Source: Antedon mediterranea
Lineage: Eukaryota; Animalia; Echinodermata
Assembly: GCF_964355755.1 (NCBI RefSeq)
Contig: NC_092678.1
Span: 3,922,422 to 3,986,421 of the forward strand
DNA: 64,000 nt
Reading direction: 5' to 3'
A program made the translations under genes and the position numbers. The notes beneath the pieces are model-generated. The model was given only the letters and a program-made list of their open reading frames with translations. It had not been told where the DNA came from and ran no database searches. Of the stretch, positions 50,216 through 61,211 are shown piece by piece; the first letter of the stretch is position 1, and each line of letters begins with the position of its first letter.

Positions 50216-53200
50216 TTAATTATAATTTACAGTTTTTACTGGAGAATTGCCATCTTGCTTTCCTACGGGATGGATTTTTCGACAGGAAGGTCCTTTGCAA
50301 ACGCTGAGTGCGATCAGCTTCTTATTTTGATCTGACAAAACCGTCGGACTAACAGTCTTGGCGATGTTTGCTAGTTGATGTGGATCTTTCACTAGATTGT
50401 AAAATTCAATGAAATTCTGAAAAACAAGAATAAAAAAAGATGAGTACAAATTTCATAAAGTAATTTTTAAATTAGAAAAGATTGCAAGAGGATTTGAATT
50501 CAGAATACTAGTATAACCTCCAATGACTACAATAATCATAAACATCAGACAAACAAACTACTTGTGAAAGTGATTGGAGCGTACTATATATTTTTTACTT
50601 ATTTCTTTTGGATCAAGGGAAAGGTTTGCCATATATATGTTTAGGTATCTCAATTTTATGTTACCTTCAGTTGTGTCTATCTTATAGCAAAACATAATTC
50701 AAGTTTCAATTTATTTTACCATATCAAGTTCATAAATAATAAATAACGAATACAGTACTGGTATGGATGACCATAAGAGCAATGCTCGTTTACCGGTCAC
50801 CTATATTTTTGCTCAATGAGATTTTTACTTGTTTTTACTTAAAAATATTCTTGTATTAGTATCTTAATATACCTCATCATCAGTAAATTCGCAGTACATT
50901 GTGTCAGTGCTGTCATTTAGCGAACGTATGCAAGAGTATGTATGATTTAGCCCGTCTTCGCATACACAATCAGGTACGCAGGTCTAAACAGAGAAGAAAA
51001 GCGGTGTTAGTACCATGCAAAAAAATAAAGCAATCAAAATACCTCTTCATCATTCATTTCACAATAAACAGTTTTCTCTGTCTTTTCAAGTGTCCATACA
51101 CAAGTGTACGTGTTGTTGATGGCGTCCTCACATACGCAATCTACACTGCACACCTACAAAGAATACAAAATATTTAAGAAACAAAGACAAACCACACTTA
51201 GATTTTTCTAATAAATGTAAAATTAAAAACTATATTTAAGGAAACCACAAACTTGTCCTCTGTAATCAATTCTTATTGCAATATGGGCGCAATTTTGAGG
51301 ACAGGCCTTTTGGGTGATCTATGTTCCTAAAAGTTTATAATACAATTTACGAAAATGAAAAGGTTAGAAAAGAGAGGTTAGAAGTTAGATAAAGAAGACA
51401 TTATTAGTGATGATTTTGTTGCTAGTGATGAGAATTATTGTTGCGATACTAATGATTAATACTAAAATGCACATGCACTAAACAGTTAAAGAAAAAAGTA
51501 AGAAAATAACAGAAATAGCATGAGTACAACCAAGCTGACATCATGGTACATGGTATCTGGGAGTTGACCACAATTTGTGTCGTAATCTGCATTGAGTAAT
51601 CATACCCAAGGCATGTCACACGGTACTGTGACGTCAGAGTTCAATACTCTATAACAAAACTAAATGAAACATTTCTGGATTCCAACAAAATAATTTATAT
51701 TTTAAAGGTAGGAACTGTAACTAGCAGGCGATGGACTTTGCTTTACTTACACAAAGATAATCAACATTTTTACAGCCTGGGGTTCCCTTCAGTAACCACT
51801 CCCCCTGATGTTCAACTAAAAATTCTTCTCGGAAACCAGTATTTAATGTGTCATTCTTTGGGAACTTGAAGAACAACAGACAAAGTATTTATGAATTAAT
51901 AATTAGTAAATTAGTTCAGAATTAACATACGAAACAATAAGATTTTCCAATTAGAATATATATTCTTTTGATTCTAACATGTATTCAATTGTCAATTTTG
52001 TATATTATAAACTGTGTAAAAAGTATATAGAAAAATCTTGTTGTCTATGTTAATTCTGAATTTCATGATTAGAGACCAAAGAATATTGTTGTTCTCTGAT
52101 CTCTAAAACACAGTTTATTACAAATAACTTACTGATAGAAACTTAGTATTTGGACAATTTTGAACATTTCGATTCTTAAATTCTCCTTGGTGCTCAACAA
52201 GAACCTGTCGGTATGGCTGTGTATCCTTCTTTGATTCATTAAATGACTTAATCTGGAATTATCAATGCTTTTAAAATATTTTGACAAAACTCAAACAATT
52301 TGTAAGGCAGATTACACAGATTCTAGTGTGAAACATGGTCTATATCTGCTTATAGTACAAGAACTGAATATGCCAATGACCAGCTATCATATGTCACTTA
52401 ATTCATTAATATCGTGAAAATCAGAGATTATACTACAATTGCAGACTATTCAATAAAGTTCCCAAAAGTTTACCAAAAGTGGAAGTAACGATGCACCATC
52501 CACGTCTGAGGGCGGTGTTAACCCAGCAAGGTTCACTATCGTAGGCATGATGTCAATGTTTATAACTGGATCCGCAATGACCTTCTTCTTAGGGACACCT
52601 GGGCCACGGATTAACAGCGGTATACGTACGTCAAACTCGTACAATTGACGTTTATCATTTGGTAATGAAAACTGACCTGTTGTATTTGAAAATCATACAA
52701 TTTTACAAATGGAGAAAAATTGTTACAAATTAAAAAGTCAAATATATGGGATAGCAAACAAAAAGTGTAACTTGCCAACACAAATATTTACTATTTAAAA
52801 TAAAGCCTTTCTAACAAGTCAAAAATGTATGTCCCTACTATTTCACAAAACCCTTCTCACCCAAATGGAATCCATTGTCAGATGTGTAAATGATAAATGT
52901 ATTGTCTAAGAGTTTCTTCTCTGTTAATGAATTCACAATTGACTCTACCATATCATCAACTGAGAGAAGAGTTCTCCACCTGAGAAAAACCAGAAAATCA
53001 ACAACGTTAAAAAACAATATTAACAAAGTATATAAATATGTTATATCAATATAAAAAAAAGAAATGACATTAACCTTTTTTTAAATGTTGAATCTACATA
53101 TTGTAATGATACATTAGACATTGGAGTCTTTGCTCTTCGAATTAACCAATGCTTATCCTGAAAAAAAAAAACACCAATTTATAAAGGTGAGGTTTTTCTA

Positions 53201-55654
53201 AGAAGAATACTAAATTACTATTCAATAAGAGTGCAATAACTATAAATTGTCTATCACAGGTAAGCAAAAACTTATAAGTATGAGCTAAGTTTGTAGTAAG
53301 AGGACAAGAAAAGTTAAAGATGACCTAATAAAGAAAGATTGGAATTTAGAAGTTGGTATTAATTACTGAGCCATGCTTGTTGAAGCTTGGTCCTCTAGGT
53401 GCATTCTTGTCTTTAAATTCTTCTTCATACTGAGGGGCGGAGTCAAATGGAGAATGGCAGGCAGGTGTTGATGCCATCAAGAAGAAAGGCTTGCTGGAAT
53501 CCACATTCTCTAAAAATTCTAAAGAACGATTTTTCTGGGAAAAAAAAAGTTATTTTTTTCAATAAATTATTTGTTAACAGTTACCGATTTAACTTATATA
53601 TACAAATGAACATGAATAAAATATATCTGGTAATTATTAAAAGTGATCAACAAGTGATTATAAGTACTTACAATTACATCAGTGAGATAATCTTTTTGGT
53701 AGTCGTCATGGTGACTCTCAGCTGTCCCATTCACCGATAATGTGTAGTTGTAATAAACAGAGTTCTTTACCTGAAAAGGTCAAAGGTGAATCAATATGCA
53801 TAAGATTATGATGATGATATAATGATGATATGATGATGATATGATAATGATGAGATGATTATATGATGATGATGATGATATGATGATGAGATGAGATGAT
53901 ATCATGTTTATAATATGATGTTGATACTGTATATATATCTTTGTTTGACATGTGCAGTAATTTTCTGGACTCTCTCGTACAAACTTACCAATCCAATCCA
54001 CCAGTCCCACCCAGGAGGGATGTGTTCCACTCCACCAGCATCAGGCGTGCCATACTGTTAACAGATATAAAACAAAGTAATATGGAGGAAAATTGCATGA
54101 AGATTATTACAAAAAAAAGATGTGTGGCAACCTGTGTTGCTGTGTATCTAAAGACATTGTCGGTCATGTTGTGGCATAATTCTCTGTTTCTTGCTTTCTC
54201 CAGAAGCTCCACCTCCTCCTGGTATTTTCTCTTCAAGCTTGAAATCCATAGCGCCCTTTGTCAAGGCCAAGTTTTCAATGCTGACTTTTTAGAATGAGCC
54301 CAAGAAACTGTATCTGCTTGGCTCGTACTAAACTGTTTCCTATGCTGCTCTGCTCTACTTCCACATTGTGGTAAAATGGCAGTGACATACATAGTGTATC
54401 TTTGACAGTATACTCACTTGGTTTAGATACTTGCCAGCCATAAATGTCACATATCCTTGTGATTTTAAGTATGTAGCAAATGTCTTCTTCTCAGGGCCGT
54501 CCTGCCAGTATTTGCTGCTGCAGTTGCCCGATATACTGTTGTTAACACTCTTGTGATTGTGAACGTACTTGCCCGTAAAGATACTGGATCGACTGGGGCA
54601 GCACAAAGGGCTACTGGTAAACTAGAAAAAGATTTATCATTATTTATCATTTATTTATATTTATATTATATATATTTATTTTTCTATATCTTTGTTAATT
54701 TTGTGTTTTTATAGTTTATTTTGTATTTACTGTTTGTATTGTTTGAGGGTCTCTAATGATCAGCTGATGCTGGATGGACCACCCTCATAAAATATTGTTG
54801 ATATAAAAAAAAAAATAAATAAATAAATACAATTGGAAATAATTTATACTGCCGCAACTTTGTACATGAGATTTCAAAGAATGACAAAGCATAGGTATAG
54901 TACACATTTGCTGAGAAATTGTTTCTTAAAATGCATTTTTATCTGAGGATTATTATTATTATTTATTACGTCAATCAAAATATAATTATACCATGTTTGA
55001 AAATGTAACCCCATTGTCACCAATAAGCTTCAATGTTTTCTCCATAGGTTGCTGTAAAGAGAAAAATCAATCACTGAGTTTAGGCAAAGCAAGATTAGTT
55101 TAGGGCAGATTTCGATAGTGCGAATGAAGAAGTGGGTCCATCCCTATTACTACAGTACTGTATCTATCTATCTCTTGTATTGTGAACTCCTTTATAATTA
55201 TAATTATATTATTTAAAAAAATGTAGGCCTAGGGCTAGCTAGGCCTAGGCCTATTAGGGCCTATATCATATTCATAATTAAATTATTATTTATTGTGTAT
55301 GTTTTTCAGTTTCAGTAGCTCTATATGCAAGGCCATACATAGTGAAAACCACACTATCCTAGTTTGATCTTGGCCTAGGCCTATCCCCGTCCATCCATCT
55401 AGCATCGGAAGGCCGGGATTGCACGATACTATTACTAGACTAGAGCCTGCTTAGTTAGAGAAAGGTAGGGCTAGCCTAGCTAGGCTCTACTCTAGCCTTT
55501 AAACTTAAAAAAAGGTAGACTAGCTCACCATTGAATCCATTGTAACATCTTGATCGTCTGTTAATATAAGTACTATATTTGGTAATTTATTGCAAAGAGA
55601 ATTAGAAACACTTAACATCACAATAGTGATGCAAATCAAGTTTAGTTTTTCCAT
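50216..55654 (-). CDS. GNS: N-acetylglucosamine-6-sulfatase (lysosomal sulfatase)
   Basis: Signal peptide followed by [12 protein letters not shown], catalytic [33 protein letters not shown] and CVCED motifs. Exons 55654-55529, 55051-54992, 54621-54418, 54054-53989, 53770-53672, 53534-53367, 53157-53075, 52979-52861, 52676-52474, [52252-52133 or 51864-51751], [51153-51043 or 50983-50873] and 50416-50216 (extreme 3' end uncertain). Phases are consistent. Confidence 0.93.
50873..50983 (-). CDS. GNS: GNS duplicated exon 11b
   Basis: 111 nt, phase 0/0, [41 protein letters not shown] flanks. Confidence 0.85.
51043..51153 (-). CDS. GNS: GNS duplicated exon 11a
   Basis: 111 nt, phase 0/0, [41 protein letters not shown] flanks. 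Confidence 0.85.
51751..51864 (-). CDS. GNS: GNS duplicated exon 10b
   Basis: 114 nt, phase 0/0, [38 protein letters not shown], donor GTAAGT. Confidence 0.85.
52133..52252 (-). CDS. GNS: GNS duplicated exon 10a
   Basis: 120 nt, phase 0/0, [40 protein letters not shown], donor GTAAGT. Confidence 0.85.
53808..53905. repeat. Degenerate (GAT)n microsatellite in a GNS intron
   Basis: Run of GAT/GATAT units. Confidence 0.8.
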
Positions 55655-55707
55655 ATTTTGCAAAAAAGGGTGAATGTGTGCGACTACTCTGCACGCACGG
55701 TTGAGCA

Positions 55708-55742
55708 CGGAAGTTAAGTCACGTGAGGGATCCTCACGTGAT
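55708..55742 (-). promoter_or_regulatory. GNS promoter: two CLEAR-type E-boxes (TCACGTGA) plus an ETS site
   Basis: TCACGTGA at 55719-55726 and 55734-55741, 65-87 bp upstream of the ATG; CGGAAGT at 55708-55714. Confidence 0.7.
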
Positions 55743-56156
55743 CTAGGTACTACGGTGGACGCTACATGCGCATTTTAAATTTAATAAAAGTACAATTACC
55801 TGTAGTAGCCGTATTCCACCAGTCGATAATATCTCTATCACACATACAATAAATAGAAATAACAGTGATAACAATATAGAAAATAGGCCTACGCGTATTG
55901 AATATCCATAAAAACGATTAATTATATATATAAAAAAACAACAAAACACTGACAATAATTCAGTTTATAAATTATAATTAATAATGTAGAGGAATCGCTT
56001 AAAATGAATATTGTGTCTTTTTATCTATTAAAAAAACTTTAACGCCAATAATATTATATAAAACAATTTAAATTATTTAATTTGAAAGATAAAGTAGGCC
56101 TAATTAAATTTTTGTTAGTGCTAGTTATTATTTGCTCATATATTTTTAGGCCTTTA

Positions 56157-56335
56157 AGCGTGGTTCCCAGTTGCCACGCAACACAAGGACGTAACGCAAC
56201 GCAAGTGAATTGACCAATCACAAGCGATGGCTTATTCGCTTGTGATTGCTAACTGTTTATAACTTCGCTTGTCATTGGTTAAAACGCTTGCGTTGCGTTT
56301 ACGTCCTTGCGTTACGTTCTAGTGGGAACCAAGCT
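56157..56335. mobile_element. PIF/Harbinger-type MITE, family 1 (inverted relative to 5226-5391)
   Basis: TIRs AGCGTGGTTCCCA / TGGGAACCAAGCT, TSD TTA (56154-56156, 56336-56338). The internal sequence is the near-exact reverse complement of the 5.2 kb copy. Confidence 0.88.
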
Positions 56336-56941
56336 TTACATTCACACGCAGTGTGTAAATTGTAAAGTGGAGTGGTGCATGTTGATTGTTGATCTTTGTA
56401 TTTACTCACTCTTGGTACATTTTATTATGAATTTAAAATACATATTTTATTGCAAATAATTATAATATACAAATACGTATGAACCATATTATAAATAAAC
56501 TATTATTTATAAATAAATAAATAATAATTATCAGTAAAGTATGTCAATACACTAAACACAGATGGTGGATAAAAACATACTACCTTTGTCAGTTTCATCG
56601 TGTCTTTTTTTCAAAGTGGTTTGTAAAACAAGTCCGTTATACTTTCTCTAGAATAATTTTTATGTAATAATAAAGGATTATTATTATTTTTATTTAAAAT
56701 ATTTGACAAGTCTTAATTTGGAGTACATTACTTGAGGGCGCCACTTTCCTCATCGCCGGAAGTGGATTGTGTTGTATTTTTGTTTGGCAGGCTTGATCTT
56801 TCGACCTCGCAGCTTACCTGGAGAAATTTTGCCAAGTTTTTCAGTTTATCTAGGCTTGGAAACGGGTCATATACATCCTAAAGCCGTTTGAAGGGAACGG
56901 CTACATTTTCCTGTGCCTCATCTATCTATTTTCAAGTCACT

Positions 56942-59900
56942 ATGGGTGAGTTTAGCTTCTTAGAAAAACTTCACGTGGGTCATTTCGTATTCATGTTTTA
57001 ATAAGAGAACGCGTCCTTTTATTTTCTTTGACTCAATTCTTGGAAATATACTTTAACAAAATGGGTTAAATTTATTGTTTCCGACGTTTTATTTATTAAA
57101 GTACATGTCTTATACAAACTTAAATATATATAGATGATTTTTGTGTAGTTTATTTTAGCGTACACTTTGAAAAGTATCGAAAAGTTACCATTCCTTTTAG
57201 TTTATTTGTTCTGGGCGTTCAGCTTCGCTTAGCCTTATATTATCGCTTGGCCTTTATTTTCTTTGTTCCCAATGCGTGTGTTGTGTGCGGTAATGTGGTC
57301 TATGTAGGTTATTGAAAAGCGCTCGCCGCTCTGTCGCTCTCTGTTTTTTACGGCCGATCGCTGTCAATTTTTGATATTAAAAGTGATATTTAACGTGCTT
57401 TATTTTATATATATTTCGGGAAATACAAAATAAAACATCACATCTTATCATCTGCAGTTTGATTACTTTTTATCTTGAGTTTTATATATAAATTTAGATG
57501 AATTTAGTTTGACAGATTCGAGATGCGTTCGACAGTTCAGCATTGCTTTTATTGTGGCTTTTATTGTTCTTTCATTCATAACATCATTTTGGTTTTATAA
57601 AAATGATAAAAAAATATTAAATTTTAACCACAATAACCAGAGAACCACCAAGTAATTTTATCTGTCAATAATGCCATGGAAACTGTCAACTACTGTAGTT
57701 TTTTTTACATCCTGTAATAATAATTATGTCATGAAAAAGTTGTAGTAAAATAAATTAATCTGATTTTAATTTTGAAACCCAGTTTTATTTTGGTATATAT
57801 ATATAATATTATTTAATTTTTTTTAAAGATGAGTCAGATTTTTTAGATAGATAATAATTAATATATTGTGTTATTGTTGTAGAGGAATGGATGTACATAT
57901 ACTCTGGAACAATATGTTTCTTTCGTATCTTTTGTATTTCAGTAACAGAAATGAAAATACACTTATTTAAAAATAGTTTGGTACAATACTCTATTTATCA
58001 TTACAATTATTGTTTTGAACATTTACAAGAAATTGAAAGAGGAAAAACTACAGTATTACTTGTCAGTATACAGTATACTGTTTTCAATCATGTTTTATCT
58101 TTATTTATTGATTTTTGTTGTAATTATAAATATTGTGCCTTCATTGTTTTTGTTAAAACAAGCAAAATATTTTTAGTCCATTTCGTGATGGAAATAGATT
58201 CTGCACCATCCAAGAAATTATATTTTTTTAAATATAACATATACAGTAATTAATAAGTTCCTTTAAAGCGCTTTCCACCCACAAAAAAAGAGAGTTTTCC
58301 TGGCCGTTTTTCTATTTTTAAGGCAGTACACTACATAGTGAACCATATTTTGTTTCTACATTCAGCTTGATAAACAAGCTTTGTGAAGCTTTATATAGAA
58401 TTATGATACGTTATGCAAACGATAAACTTGTCGTGTTGCAGTAATGATTTGAATGACATGCAGAAATTATGTACACTAAAATCTGTTATTGTGAAACAGC
58501 TTATTAGTCAGTTTGCACTGTGAAAAGGTCAGTTATACTATCAGCGTGCCTAAATTACTGCTAGCGTATTACATTTACTTGTTAATTCAGGATTTATCAG
58601 CCGAGATCTTAACCTGTTTTAATGAGACTGAAGGAAATCATTAAGCATTATCTGTACACTGATATAGATTGACTTTAACCTGTAAGAAAGTGTACAAATC
58701 GGGCAAAAAAAGGGGATAAGCTGAGTGTTTTTTTGTTCTATTTTTTTACTACTGTAATGTATGTTTCCAGTATGATTGCCGGTTAGCTAAATACGGTATC
58801 ACATACAACTTCTTGTAATTTATAACAGTATCCGCAATTTACAGTTTTAGATGTCCCAGAGTAGTACTATCCGTTTTGTTACTTAAGCATTTGAAATGTA
58901 AGTGTAAACTGGTCTAAAAATTCTGCACTTCATCTTGTTTCATTTCAAACATTTACTTATATCACTAGACCATAGAATGCAAATGGACCCTAGAATGGAT
59001 CCGAACAGAATGGACCCTAGAATGGATCCAAACAGGATGGACCCTAGAATGGATCCAAACAGGATGGACCCTACCAGAATGGATCCTAACAGAATGGACC
59101 CAAACAGAATGGACCCAAACAGAATGGACCCAAACAGAATGGACCCTAACAGAATGGATCCTAACAGAATGGACCCTAACAGAATGGACCCAAGCAGAAT
59201 GGATCCTAACAGAATGGATCCAAGCAGAATGGATCCAAGCAGAATGGACCCAAGCAGAATGGACGCTGCATATTTATGTTTAGACTTAACAACGAAACCA
59301 AAGCGTGGCCGAAAGCCCAACGAAGACAAGAAGAAGAGACGAAAACGTAACCGTCCTGGAGCACACATCAAACGAGCCAAGACTGGATATTTTTATTTTC
59401 TTGATTATTTTAGAAAAAATTACAATAAAGACGCAGACCACATATCGAAGGTACAGTATCAAACGTATTGAAATTTTATTGTACCCATGGTTAAACAATG
59501 GTAACTTAATAGAGTGCCACAGAACAGTACATAAGATAGGAATCACCTAGAGTATTACTATTACTATGAAAACAAAATACTGTATTGTAGTGTTTTTAAT
59601 GTACAGTAGATATTGTACAGTATTGTACAGGTGTAGCAACTTGATACTGCTTCTATACAAAACACTTCTTTCTGTTCATGCTGCATTGCAAAATCTATAG
59701 AGCTACAGTATTGTACAGTACTATGAATATTATTCTGTTGTGTAACAAAATAAAACATTGTATACAGTACAGTATAAAAATTAATATTTACTGACAATGA
59801 CATTTGTTTCTGTCATTTAGTTTAGAAAGTAATAATATTAATCATGTCTTCTGTACCCTTAGAAAAAGCTGAATACTATAGTCTATCTAAACCAAATCCC

Positions 59901-61211
59901 CAAAGATAAAATCTTTACTGATTATTTACTCTCGTCATTCAAAGACAATGTTAAACACTAATCGCAGGATGTTTGTTCTTAAAACCTATATTATTACACA
60001 CAAAAGGAAATTAAGAATCAAATGCATAGGTTTGTGAATGTCAAAGGTCACTAAACATAATGCAGCATTTTCCCAATTATGAATTAAGGGTTTGCAACAT
60101 TATAGTATTACAATTTAAATGATGTGAGAAATGTTTAACATTATCTCAAATGTTGTATCTATGTTGACAACAATAATGTTTTTTTAATAACATTTTTCTA
60201 TTTAGCAAGACATAAGATGTCCACAAATTAGTTGTAAGGAGAAATTCTAAAAAGATAGGATTTTAAGTATAATTATTTTACTGTACTTGGCCATCATTTC
60301 ATAATTTGCAATGAAAGTAATATTTTAAAATGATTGAAAAAGCAAATAATTTAATACACCTTTGATGCACTGTACTGTATAACACTAACATGTAATCCTT
60401 TATCCAGATATGTACATTTAAATTGATTTTAAATTATAATATGACATGGCAATGATACATGCTGATTCTACAGCGCATATTAATAATAAAACTAACATTT
60501 CATAAATTCTATCTCAGCATGTCTTCTATTACAACAGTATTATTATTTTGTGGTGAGTTTCTACCTTATACCATACAGTAGAAAATTGGCCATTTGGCCT
60601 GGGATAACTTTTTAAAACATTGTTTACACCCTTGTTATCTTTTTTTTACTGAAATAAAGTTCCAGCCCCAGGAAAGAACAACCTATAACAGTAGTCCTGG
60701 GACTGAATAATCAGAGGAACATTAAATTCCCTCATGCCTGACTTATTGTTTGCCCAACTTTCTCATATTAGACTTTATGGCACTTCAAGCGACAATAAGT
60801 GCTTTACAAATTTCAATAAATAAACAATTTTATAGATTAAAAAATACTGTTTACATCCTACAGATAAAATAAAAAGGTTTTTGTTCTTTCCAGTACAAAT
60901 GAAGTGAAAGTTAACAAAATAATTTGTTAGACAATAATGGAAATTACATTATTGTTAATAGTTTTTTTTATGGTATTATATTATTTCCAGCTGTTCAAAT
61001 TAGAATTTGGAATAATAGGATATAACAATAGTAGAATTTAAGGTTTTAACTAAATTTAGTCGTTCCTTCCAAAGTTGATATTTTTGTGATCTTTTTTTAG
61101 GCCAGCGAAATCACAAAAGCGTGTGGAGCGGCATGGCAGGCGATGTCAATAGACGAGAAAGAACCTTTCCAGAAACTAGCTCGCAAGGACAGAGAACGAT
61201 ACGAAGCTGAG
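56942..61211 (+). CDS. HMG-box (HMGB-like) protein with N-terminal MDP(N/S)R repeats, 3' partial
   Basis: Exons 56942-56945 (ATGG|GTGAGT, phase 1), 58969-59450 and 61101-61211 join in frame. HMG box HIKRAKTGYFYFLDYFRK...ASEITKACGAAWQAMSIDEKEPFQKLARKDRERYEAE. No stop reached within the window. Confidence 0.88.
58983..59264 (+). repeat. Coding 12/15-bp repeat, 19 MDP(-/N/S/T)R units
   Basis: ATGGA(C/T)CC(A/T)A(A/G/C)CAG(A/G) units with synonymous third-position variation. Confidence 0.95.

Noticed and set aside
53985-54300. Coding-looking [22 protein letters not shown] in GNS intron 3
   Set aside because: Not needed for the GNS frame, stop just upstream, no recognisable domain; possibly a degraded insertion.
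58940-59380. Minus-strand 146-aa ORF with GSILL repeats
   Set aside because: Antisense shadow of the MDPNR coding repeat; the plus strand has splice sites and the HMG box.
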